Positions 1 through 7,556 of a DNA stretch of 38,375 nt are shown piece by piece. Origin of the DNA: a virus. Its lineage: Duplodnaviria > Heunggongvirae > Uroviricota > Caudoviricetes. The position numbers were made by a program, and so were the translations under genes. Within the stretch, counting starts at the first letter, position 1, and each line of letters starts with the position of its first letter. The notes beneath the pieces were generated by a model that had not been told where the DNA came from, ran no database searches, and saw nothing but the letters and a program-made list of their open reading frames with translations. Location of the stretch: the IMG/VR virus record IMGVR_UViG_2541047847_000005. One strand, given 5' to 3'.

Positions 1-1026
1 ATGAAAAAGATGATGATAGCCACACTGGCTGCCGCCAGCGTGCTGCTTGCCGTTGCAAATCAGGCGCATGCTGGCGCGACGCTTGATGCCGTTCAGAAAA
101 AAGGTTTTGTGCAATGCGGGATCAGTGATGGATTACCTGGGTTCTCTTATGCCGATGCTGACGGTAAGTTTTCAGGTATTGATGTAGATGTTTGTCGTGG
201 TGTTGCCGCTGCTGTATTCGGTGACGATACGAAAGTGAAATATACCCCGCTCACTGCAAAAGAACGCTTCACCGCTTTACAGTCAGGGGAGGTGGATTTG
301 CTCTCCCGTAATACGACCTGGACTTCATCTCGCGATGCCGGGATGGGAATGGCATTTACTGGCGTCACTTATTACGACGGCATTGGCTTCCTGACGCACG
401 ATAAAGCGGGGCTAAAAAGCGCGAAAGAACTGGATGGCGCTACCGTCTGTATTCAGGCGGGGACTGATACCGAACTCAACGTCGCCGATTACTTCAAGGC
501 AAATAATATGAAGTACACGCCAGTAACCTTCGATCGCTCAGACGAATCAGCGAAAGCTCTGGAATCAGGCCGCTGTGATACTCTGGCCTCGGATCAATCA
601 CAACTGTATGCCCTACGCATCAAATTAAGCAACCCAGCTGAATGGATTGTCTTACCGGAAGTTATCTCTAAAGAACCACTTGGGCCGGTAGTTCGTCGTG
701 GCGATGATGAATGGTTCTCGATTGTACGCTGGACGCTTTTCGCCATGCTGAATGCTGAAGAGATGGGCATCAATTCCCAGAACGTCGATGAAAAAGCGGC
801 TAATCCAGCAACGCCTGATATGGCACATCTGCTGGGTAAAGAAGGCGATTACGGCAAGGATCTGAAGCTGGATAATAAATGGGCCTTTAACATCATCAAA
901 CAGGTGGGTAACTACTCGGAAATTTTCGAGCGTAACGTAGGTTCAGAAAGCCCGCTGAAAATTAAACGTGGGCAAAATAATCTCTGGAATAACGGCGGTA
1001 TTCAGTACGCGCCGCCCGTGCGTTAA
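1..1026 (+). CDS. yhdW: periplasmic substrate-binding protein of an amino-acid ABC transporter (YhdW/AapJ-like)
   Basis: 341-aa ORF starting at position 1; N-terminal Sec signal peptide MKKMMIATLAAASVLLAVANQAHA; resemblance to E. coli YhdW recalled from memory, not searched; followed by a permease gene. Confidence 0.8.
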   Translation: MKKMMIATLAAASVLLAVANQAHAGATLDAVQKKGFVQCGISDGLPGFSYADADGKFSGIDVDVCRGVAAAVFGDDTKVKYTPLTAKERFTALQSGEVDLLSRNTTWTSSRDAGMGMAFTGVTYYDGIGFLTHDKAGLKSAKELDGATVCIQAGTDTELNVADYFKANNMKYTPVTFDRSDESAKALESGRCDTLASDQSQLYALRIKLSNPAEWIVLPEVISKEPLGPVVRRGDDEWFSIVRWTLFAMLNAEEMGINSQNVDEKAANPATPDMAHLLGKEGDYGKDLKLDNKWAFNIIKQVGNYSEIFERNVGSESPLKIKRGQNNLWNNGGIQYAPPVR

Positions 1027-1093
1027 GTCGGTGTGAGGTAACGAGCGTCGCTACGGCGGCGCTCTCTTCAGCGTTATGCTTTCCGAGGTTTCT

Positions 1094-1423
1094 ATGTCTC
1101 ATCGCCGCTCAACCGTTAAAGGCTCACTCTCTTTTGCCAACCCTACGGTTCGCGCCTGGTTATTCCAGATCCTTGCCGTTGTTGCTGTTGTCGGCATTAT
1201 TGGTTGGTTATTTCACAACACTGTAACGAATCTCAGTAATCGCGGCATAACATCAGGATTTGCTTTTCTTGACCGCGGGGCCGGTTTTGGCATCGTTCAG
1301 CATTTGATTGATTATCAGCAAGGCGACACTTACGGACGCGTTTTTATTGTCGGCCTGCTCAATACGCTACTGGTTTCTGCATTGTGTATTGTGTTCGCTT
1401 CTGTTTTGGGCTTCTTTATCTGA
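1094..1423 (+). pseudogene. yhdX: 5-prime fragment of amino-acid ABC transporter permease (YhdX/AapQ-like), truncated by prophage insertion
   Basis: ATG at 1094 preceded by GAGG; hydrophobic permease-like N-terminus; frame runs into TGA at 1421..1423 after only about 110 codons, and downstream sequence is phage-like. Confidence 0.6.
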
Positions 1424-1430
1424 TCAGACA

Positions 1431-1463
1431 TGAGATAAATGAAGGGGGATCCGTGAGATAAAT
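1431..1463 (+). repeat. two direct copies of TGAGATAAAT (1431..1440 and 1454..1463) at the prophage terminus; candidate transposase end-binding sites
   Basis: exact 10-bp direct repeat spaced 23 bp start to start, 10 bp inside the inferred end. Confidence 0.35.
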
Positions 1464-1616
1464 AACGAATTGGAGTGGGTTAACATGGGTTCTGGTGAAC
1501 AGAACTGAAATTCTTTTCCGCTATACGATAGATAAGTCGGGCATTGAAATCATCCTTCCTGGCAACTTAGAATCGAGTTTGCTGAAACATGACCCGCAAC
1601 AAAAAGGATGATTCCA

Positions 1617-1778
1617 ATGACTACTCAAAACAATAAGCATGATAGCCTGGATTACTCAGAAAAGCCCAAAAGCAAGCACATCGTGACGTTCGAGCGCGAT
1701 TCCGGTAGAAAAGGAGAATCGTCTTCCTCTGCCAATAAAACCACTATGCCGGCAGCCCCTGCCCCAGGGAAAAAATAA
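1617..1778 (+). CDS. hypothetical small hydrophilic protein (53 aa), doubtful
   Basis: ATG at 1617 with AAGGA 9 nt upstream; below the ORF-track cutoff; low-complexity Lys/Ser-rich product; convergent with the gene at 1782..2414. Confidence 0.15.
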   Translation: MTTQNNKHDSLDYSEKPKSKHIVTFERDSGRKGESSSSANKTTMPAAPAPGKK

Positions 1779-1781
1779 ACA

Positions 1782-2414
1782 TCATTCATCGTTCGTTGCA
1801 CGAACGCGCCTGATCTCCACTCTGGCAATCTGATCTGCTGGAATATAGGTTGCCAGAGCTCCCCAGTACTTATCAACCACGCCTTTATACTCTTCCCATT
1901 CGTTACTGCCTGAAGGGCTGCTGTGCGTGACGTAAAGAACCATATCGCCTTTATTCCCCAGGGTAAACGGACCGTTAGGCCACTCTTCAAAGTTCCCTGG
2001 CAGCCGTGACATCATACCGGAACCATCGCGAAGAATCACTCTGACCTCGGTAACGCTGAAGCCTGTTTGATCAAACATTGCCTGCCATGCTGAGCTGGTA
2101 TCGTCAGACCATGAAACATCATTATTCCACAGTAATCTGTACATCCATTTGCGACCGTACCTGCGCCACCACGCACCGCATGTAACGGCACACAGAAGTG
2201 CTGGTGGTGTTGCCAGCCAGGCATTCAGACCTGCCCACATAACAGCCTGGTAAGCCATCATTGCTGTCAGGCCAAAAATCAGCGAAGAAAAAGTCACCTC
2301 AATGGGCTTGTGGTGATCCTTCAGTCCCACATTCGCAATAAAATACCCAATATAGCCACTGGTCAGGGTCACCAGTGTTGCCCATGGCAGATTTAACAAC
2401 GAAACGTCAAACAT
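1782..2414 (-). CDS. membrane protein of unknown function (about 3 TM helices plus about 120-aa soluble C-terminal domain); terminal moron candidate
   Basis: ORF 1782..2492; preferred start is the ATG at 2414 (MFDVSLL...) with AGGGAG 5 nt upstream; hydrophobic segments LVTLTSGYIGYFIANVGL, FSSLIFGLTAMMAYQAVMWAGL, ALLCAVTCGAWW; lies after the early-operon terminator. Confidence 0.55.
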   Translation of the reverse strand: MFDVSLLNLPWATLVTLTSGYIGYFIANVGLKDHHKPIEVTFSSLIFGLTAMMAYQAVMWAGLNAWLATPPALLCAVTCGAWWRRYGRKWMYRLLWNNDVSWSDDTSSAWQAMFDQTGFSVTEVRVILRDGSGMMSRLPGNFEEWPNGPFTLGNKGDMVLYVTHSSPSGSNEWEEYKGVVDKYWGALATYIPADQIARVEIRRVRATNDE

Positions 2415-2452
2415 ATTTTCTCCCTGCATCCTGAATACTAAAGAGAGAGCAT

Positions 2453-2488
2453 AAAAAAAGCACGGTAAGGGGTCTACCGTGCTTTTAT
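2453..2488 (-). terminator. rho-independent terminator ending the early operon
   Basis: stem GCACGGTA / TACCGTGC with 7-nt loop (2460..2482); on the minus-strand transcript it is followed by TTTTTTTAT; on the plus strand by TTTTAT, so possibly bidirectional. Confidence 0.7.
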
Positions 2489-2528
2489 ACAATAAGGAGA
2501 TTTTTGAAAGGACTTTAACAAGCAGGAA

Positions 2529-2927
2529 TTATCTGGATTTGTTAACGTCTTTCGTCTCCTCTGGCAGATCTTCATCAAACAACCTGCCCTGCATCCGATC
2601 CAGTTCTTCTTTTCTGACCCGCTTAACCACGCTGTAGACCCACTGAAGCGAAACACCAAACTTGCGGGCCAGTTCGTGGTGGTTGCGTCCGTTAAACTCC
2701 CTGAAGATTTCCCGGTCGCGCTGACTGACCTTCCATACCATGCCCATCGGGAAATAAACGTTTTGCCCGCCCCAGACCTGCATCATTCGGTTCGCGACGG
2801 CCTGACCAATCTGGTCGGCAATTGCGGGCTCAATATCAATAATCTCGCGAACGGTCTCAGAGGTATGCTGTGCCAGCTCCACCAGGAGTTCCGGCCCTTT
2901 ACTTCGAAACTGATTCAGGTCGCTCAT
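2529..2927 (-). CDS. mor: Mor/C-family transcriptional activator of middle/late genes
   Basis: 132 aa; C-terminal motif FNGRNHHELARKFGVSLQWVYSVVKR matches the Mor/C family helix-turn-helix; last gene of the early operon. Confidence 0.7.
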   Translation of the reverse strand: MSDLNQFRSKGPELLVELAQHTSETVREIIDIEPAIADQIGQAVANRMMQVWGGQNVYFPMGMVWKVSQRDREIFREFNGRNHHELARKFGVSLQWVYSVVKRVRKEELDRMQGRLFDEDLPEETKDVNKSR

Positions 2928-3348
2928 GTTTTACTCCCGCAGCTCTGTGCTGCCACTTCTTCAGTTTCTCAATAACACTGCTTGCCTGTTCAGTATTGAG
3001 CCAGCGCAGGGCGCTGATGCCCGTTTCCCGCTTGATCCACCGCGCTAATGCATTTTCTGAACGGTCACGAACAATGCCGGCAGCAGCCATTTCAAGCCAT
3101 AGCGCACGAATTTTCCTGGACTGCGGATGGTTATCCAGCGGTAAACCGGAGCTGGCTTTTCTGGCTGGTTTAACGCGAAAGCCTTTCTTTTTCATGGATT
3201 CCAGCACGCAGTTTAGTTGTGTGGTATCCATTCCTTTGGTTGAGGCTTTACCGGTCAGCCCCTGTAACATCTGGCGGTAGGTGTCTTCATCCATACCCAG
3301 TTCATTACGGGCAATATGGATAAGCTGTATCAGGCGTTTTTTCTGCAT
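2899..3348 (-). CDS. gemA: GemA-like protein (Mu gp16 family)
   Basis: 149 aa; N-terminal QLIHIARNELGMDEDTYRQML motif typical of GemA; AGGAG 5 nt upstream of ATG; overlaps mor by 29 bp. Confidence 0.6.
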   Translation of the reverse strand: MQKKRLIQLIHIARNELGMDEDTYRQMLQGLTGKASTKGMDTTQLNCVLESMKKKGFRVKPARKASSGLPLDNHPQSRKIRALWLEMAAAGIVRDRSENALARWIKRETGISALRWLNTEQASSVIEKLKKWQHRAAGVKHERPESVSK

Positions 3349-3349
3349 A

Positions 3350-3556
3350 TCATCTCCTTTTTTTCAGTCTGTCGGCAACAATGTCGGTTGCAGCTGGCAG
3401 GGTGACTGGCCAGAACAACATGACGGCGGTCATGTACAGGATGTAATGCGCGGTGTCGTAGTGCCTGCCATAGCCCAGGGAACGATGAAGTCTTGCGCTG
3501 CATGATCCTGCGTACATATACCAGAAAAGAAAACAGACAATGGTTTCAGTAGTCAT
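3350..3556 (-). CDS. small membrane protein, hypothetical
   Basis: ORF 3350..3712, preferred start ATG at 3556 (MTTETIV...) with GGGGAGG upstream; hydrophobic. Confidence 0.4.
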   Translation of the reverse strand: MTTETIVCFLFWYMYAGSCSARLHRSLGYGRHYDTAHYILYMTAVMLFWPVTLPAATDIVADRLKKRR

Positions 3557-3776
3557 TCTGAATACCTCCCCATTCGATATGAATATTACGGGCAGCAATG
3601 ACAGGGTCGTTATTCCACCATGCACCTGACATGTATTTTTCAACCTGTTCGCGTCCGGCAATAACACCAATTGTGATCCCCGGCCTGACGTTCTTAAAAA
3701 AGGCGCGGGCAAAAAGGTATCTGGCAGATATTCGGCAGGCTTTTAATTTCCGGCTGTTACCTGATAGCGTAATCAT
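3546..3776 (-). CDS. hypothetical early protein (76 aa)
   Basis: ATG overlaps stop of the upstream gene (ATGA coupling at 3773..3776). Confidence 0.4.
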   Translation of the reverse strand: MITLSGNSRKLKACRISARYLFARAFFKNVRPGITIGVIAGREQVEKYMSGAWWNNDPVIAARNIHIEWGGIQNDY

Positions 3777-4456
3777 CTGGCCTCCAGTTTCTGTTGTTCC
3801 TGCCCACTGACCGGGCGGTGCAGTCTGACGTTCTGCCCTTCACGAAACCCCGCATAGCGCGAGGCGTCGCCATTGCGGCTTCTTCCCGGTTTACGCGCCC
3901 TGGTGGTTTGCGTCTGCGGGTATTTATGTTCCAGCCACTGTTGCATCAGTTCACGCTCATCATCGGTCAGGGCAAAGGACTGTATTTCACTGATAACGGC
4001 CAGTACCCAGCCTTCAGCAAACTGGTCTCCACGGCTGGTACGGGTGGCGTTTTTTATTCTTTTGTTCTGTGCGCTGATATACTGCTGACGCGCCTTTTTC
4101 AGCTGGCGGACCAGCACTTCCCAGGTGTACGCAGCCAGTGCCGCTCGTTCCCGGTTACCGTAGAACCCCACAGACGGATGCGTGCCGGGGTGAATGATGG
4201 AGTTAACACCAAATGCCTCGCGGATGATGTTCATCAGGCCCAGCATGTAGCGCGGTGGACGGAGACTGCCTGTCGGCCAGTAATGACTGATGGTTTCATC
4301 AATATCACTCATAGCAATGTCGGAATGTGTGATGCCGTGAACATCCATCAGTTTACGGGCTCGGCGCAGTGCCAGAGCGGCCTCGTGCGGGTTGCCGGAT
4401 GCGGCCAGCGCCAGCAACTTTTTCAGTTTCTCAATGTGTTTATTCTGGTCTGTCAT
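3773..4456 (-). CDS. hypothetical early protein with DUF2786-like N-terminus
   Basis: ORF 3773..4492, preferred start ATG at 4456 (MTDQNKHIEKLKKLLALAASGNPHEAALAL...) with GGAGA upstream; ATGA coupling with upstream gene. Confidence 0.5.
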   Translation of the reverse strand: MTDQNKHIEKLKKLLALAASGNPHEAALALRRARKLMDVHGITHSDIAMSDIDETISHYWPTGSLRPPRYMLGLMNIIREAFGVNSIIHPGTHPSVGFYGNRERAALAAYTWEVLVRQLKKARQQYISAQNKRIKNATRTSRGDQFAEGWVLAVISEIQSFALTDDERELMQQWLEHKYPQTQTTRARKPGRSRNGDASRYAGFREGQNVRLHRPVSGQEQQKLEAR

Positions 4457-4668
4457 TGTTCTGTATCTCCGGTATTTTTCTGCCGTTTCCATGCCCGGAC
4501 AGCGTCGGACAGCTCTTTCAGGCTGTATGCTGCTTTAAGCTTTTCCCATAACCACTGTGTTGTTATGTGCATCAGCAGGGCAGCCAGGGCTGCCCCCGCA
4601 CTGAGGCATGTCGCCAGGCCAGTAAGAATCAGTGTCCATGCGGTGATTTCCCTGAGTATGTCAGCCAT
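4453..4668 (-). CDS. small membrane protein (71 aa)
   Basis: GGGAGG upstream of ATG at 4668; one long hydrophobic segment. Confidence 0.4.
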   Translation of the reverse strand: MADILREITAWTLILTGLATCLSAGAALAALLMHITTQWLWEKLKAAYSLKELSDAVRAWKRQKNTGDTEQ

Positions 4669-4682
4669 TGAATGCCTCCCGG

Positions 4683-4979
4683 TTACTCGTTCGTGTAAAT
4701 CACGCCCAGTCGTGCAGCCAGACGTTCCAGTTTTTTCTGTTTGTGGAAGTCAATCAGCCGGTCCATCCCCTGAAGGCGCAGTTGCTCTGTCATGATTTCC
4801 ACGTCTGCCAGCTCTGCCGCGAGGTCACTTTCGCTGCCCTGTCCGTTCAGATTGCGGGCAGCACTGGCCGCCAGTTCAGCGGCCTCTTCTGTCAGTTTCA
4901 GGGCCTGTGCGTCCGGCCCGAAACGCTGCAGGGCCAGACGGTAGAGGGCGGTGCGGGTGAGTTCGGTGTTTCGTGTCAT
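4683..4979 (-). CDS. MazG-like nucleotide pyrophosphohydrolase-domain protein (tentative)
   Basis: 98 aa; EEAAEL ... AELADVEIM pattern resembles the EExxE...ExxD metal-binding motif of MazG-type NTP pyrophosphatases. Confidence 0.4.
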   Translation of the reverse strand: MTRNTELTRTALYRLALQRFGPDAQALKLTEEAAELAASAARNLNGQGSESDLAAELADVEIMTEQLRLQGMDRLIDFHKQKKLERLAARLGVIYTNE

Positions 4980-4988
4980 GCCGCGCCC

Positions 4989-5261
4989 TCAGTGCTTCCG
5001 GCTGACGGTGATGTGCAGGCCGCCTTCTGCAGTGGTTTCCATCCGGTACGGCACCTCATGCTCTGCCGTGTGGGTGAGTGTGTTCATCAGTACCTGCAGG
5101 GCAGCCTCCTTTCCGTTGGTCGCCACAATGGCCTGTGTGGCCATGCTGATTAGCGCCGTCAGGACGTGCTTCACATCGGTGAGGTCGCGGCATTCACACT
5201 CGTTGACATAGTGTTCAACAAGAGTTCGGGTGCGCTGTCGTGCTTCCTGTGGGGTAATCAT
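4989..5261 (-). CDS. hypothetical early protein (90 aa)
   Basis: AGGGAGG upstream of ATG at 5261; 4-bp overlap with next gene. Confidence 0.4.
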   Translation of the reverse strand: MITPQEARQRTRTLVEHYVNECECRDLTDVKHVLTALISMATQAIVATNGKEAALQVLMNTLTHTAEHEVPYRMETTAEGGLHITVSRKH

Positions 5262-5452
5262 TGCGCGTCCTCCCTGTCAGGGCGGGAGAATTCTATGACG
5301 GGCACGTCCGCCGAAAAATGCTGGCTGCAGTACGGGCAGACCAGGGTGACACGTACTGCAGGTATGTGATACTTACCGGACATCACGGCGATGGCGCTGT
5401 GAAAACGCAGGGCTGTTATATCCCTCTCGCACTGAATACATTTAAATATCAT
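5258..5452 (-). CDS. small zinc-ribbon protein (CxxC ... CxxC)
   Basis: 64 aa with CIQC and CPYC pairs; GAGGAG upstream. Confidence 0.4.
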   Translation of the reverse strand: MIFKCIQCERDITALRFHSAIAVMSGKYHIPAVRVTLVCPYCSQHFSADVPVIEFSRPDREDAQ

Positions 5453-5549
5453 AATTTAATTCTCCTCTGTTTCCGGCGTGCAGAAGCCCGCGGCGCTGAC
5501 GCCGGAATAAAAAAGAAAATGTTTTTATTAAATAATTAACGTGGTGTGT

Positions 5550-6080
5550 TTACTGCACATCCTGCTCAAAAGGAATTATTGAAAAATCCTCAATATCACT
5601 TTTTATGGTAATACCGGGAATATTTTTCACAGCCTCTTTTTCATTCAGAATGGCATCTTTATTTATTTCCTCCTTTACACGAATAAAGCGCTCAAGCCCC
5701 AGACGTCTCAGTAATTCAATAACATTATCCGCCCCGCGAATGCTGACTGACGGCGGACGGTTTCGCCACTGCACCTCGCCGGTGGTGAGGTTAGCGAACT
5801 TCACCTTCCCGTTGCCGGTCAGTTCATCACGGTGCGCCTCACACCATGTCTGGATACCGGACTGCAGTTCGGCCATGCGTTTTTTCAGGCTCTCGGTGAG
5901 CGGGGCATAACGTGCAGTGATGTCGCCAATGGTGTCATTCATTTCTGTTTCAGCCCTGACCAGTTCACGTTGCGCGTCACCAAGCAGTCTGATTCCCTCA
6001 ATGACCTCTTCGCGTGTCCCCGGCACCCAGAGTGCTGCTGCGGCTTTGATACGTTTTGCCCCTTTTGTACTTTTTGCCAT
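5550..6080 (-). CDS. gam: Gam-like host-nuclease inhibitor (Ku-like DNA-end binding protein)
   Basis: 176 aa; colinear with Mu Gam as recalled (RIKAAAALWVP, LVRAETEMNDTIGDIT, WCEAHRDELT, VKSDIEDFSIIPFEQ). Confidence 0.85.
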   Translation of the reverse strand: MAKSTKGAKRIKAAAALWVPGTREEVIEGIRLLGDAQRELVRAETEMNDTIGDITARYAPLTESLKKRMAELQSGIQTWCEAHRDELTGNGKVKFANLTTGEVQWRNRPPSVSIRGADNVIELLRRLGLERFIRVKEEINKDAILNEKEAVKNIPGITIKSDIEDFSIIPFEQDVQ

Positions 6081-6107
6081 ATTTTATGACTCCTCCTGTT
6101 GTGCTGA

Positions 6108-6377
6108 TTACCACAAAGATTCCGGCCACACGACGCGACAGCCGTGCAGTTCGAAAACGCCCTGACGGAAATGTCCCCTGTGGTCATGACCGGTATACAG
6201 ATAACAGGCCTTTCCCTGCTCAAGCATGCGCATGCAATGCGCACTCCGGGAAACGCGGATGACAGGTTTGTTACCCCTGATGGTGATGCTTTGTACATCC
6301 GTGTTCGTCGCCTTAAGCGCCATAATGGCTGACTGCACTTTGCTGATTTGCTGGTTGATACCTGTGGTGGATTTCAT
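6108..6377 (-). CDS. hypothetical early protein (89 aa) in the position of Mu kil
   Basis: starts 2 nt after the stop of the B-like gene; AGGGG upstream. Confidence 0.4.
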   Translation of the reverse strand: MKSTTGINQQISKVQSAIMALKATNTDVQSITIRGNKPVIRVSRSAHCMRMLEQGKACYLYTGHDHRGHFRQGVFELHGCRVVWPESLW

Positions 6378-6379
6378 TA

Positions 6380-7546
6380 TTAAACCCCTTTGACAACGTC
6401 AGCGTTGACCTGTGGAACCCCGATTTCAGCGGCCAGATTCATGGCGGCTATTACCAGGTTACTGACGGCCAGCGGATACAGCAGGCTGACCATATTTTTA
6501 CGATGACTTCCCGGATTGCTCAGGCGGGCACGTATGGCATCCACTGCGCTGGCGTCCATAATGTCCGTCAGTTGTTTACCGGCCCGTTGCAGTTTGAACG
6601 TCAGAAACTCTTCAAGGTTATTGTCCAGAGGCAGAAGTTCGACCACCTCACAGCGCTGAACGACTTCACGGACTTCCATATTGCGTTCAGACAGTTTTGT
6701 CGCCAGTTCCGGCTGGCCAATCAGCACGATGGACAGCAGTTTTTTGAAACCGGACTCCAGCTCAAAAAAGCGTTTGAGGTGTTTCAGTGTCGGAATGGGC
6801 AGACTGTGGGCCTCCTCAATCACCAGAACGTGGCTGAACCCCGCCTGGCTGCTGTCTTTCAGGACGCGATGCAACTGGCGAAAGCGGGCGTCCTGACTGC
6901 GTCTGATGCTTTCCAGTGGTGCGATGGTACTGATAATGGCTTCGGCAATCGCTGCTGCCTTCAGGGTTTTCCCTTTCACATCGTTGTCTTCCATAGCGAT
7001 GATGTATGGCTCGATAACAATTACCGGCGCATTCTCGCGGTTGATACGTTCAGTCAGGTCGCGGCGCAGCGTGGATTTACCCGCACCGGACTCACCGATG
7101 ACGGCCATAAACCCACCATGACGGGCTGTCTGGTACAACGCCTCACGCACGTAGCGAATATCCGGGGTGGTGAACACATCATCAGAACCCTGCATGGCTT
7201 CGTCGGCGAACGGGTCACGGAAAAGACCAAACGCTTTTTTGGTTGCTGGAAATAACACCTGTTTTTTGAGTAACATATTCTCTTCCTCACTGAGGCTCGT
7301 TTTATCTGTGGTACCCGCTGTACGGGGCGTGGCCGCGCCCTGTACAGCATCAAAACTCTTCGTTGTATCAATCCCCTGACTTTCCAGCCAGGACGCAAGA
7401 CGCCGGCGCACTTCTCCGGGGCTGGTGCGGGGCCACGCGTTATGATTCACAATCTGGGCCAGCGTGGCCTCAGAAACATCGACAGCTCTCGCCACCACCG
7501 CCTGTGGAATACGGGCCTCTTTCAGTTGCTGCTTCAGTACCAGCAT
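6380..7546 (-). CDS. AAA+ transposition helper ATPase (MuB-like target DNA activator)
   Basis: ORF 6380..7585, preferred start ATG at 7546 with GGAGGGAAA upstream; Walker A GESGAGKST; Walker B-like HVLVIEEAH; immediately downstream of the transposase. Confidence 0.8.
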   Translation of the reverse strand: MLVLKQQLKEARIPQAVVARAVDVSEATLAQIVNHNAWPRTSPGEVRRRLASWLESQGIDTTKSFDAVQGAATPRTAGTTDKTSLSEEENMLLKKQVLFPATKKAFGLFRDPFADEAMQGSDDVFTTPDIRYVREALYQTARHGGFMAVIGESGAGKSTLRRDLTERINRENAPVIVIEPYIIAMEDNDVKGKTLKAAAIAEAIISTIAPLESIRRSQDARFRQLHRVLKDSSQAGFSHVLVIEEAHSLPIPTLKHLKRFFELESGFKKLLSIVLIGQPELATKLSERNMEVREVVQRCEVVELLPLDNNLEEFLTFKLQRAGKQLTDIMDASAVDAIRARLSNPGSHRKNMVSLLYPLAVSNLVIAAMNLAAEIGVPQVNADVVKGV

Positions 7547-7556
7547 GTTTCCCTCC

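Noticed and set aside
1652-1990. 112-aa minus-strand ORF overlapping the terminal membrane-protein gene
   Set aside because: Out-of-frame overlap with the better-supported 1782..2414 ORF, and it extends into the non-coding terminus; likely spurious.
3794-4795. 333-aa plus-strand ORF
   Set aside because: Antisense to four well-supported, translationally coupled early genes with good ribosome-binding sites; Cys/Arg-rich low-complexity translation typical of a GC-rich antisense frame.
6503-7255. 250-aa plus-strand ORF
   Set aside because: Antisense to the B-like ATPase gene, which has a clear Walker A motif.
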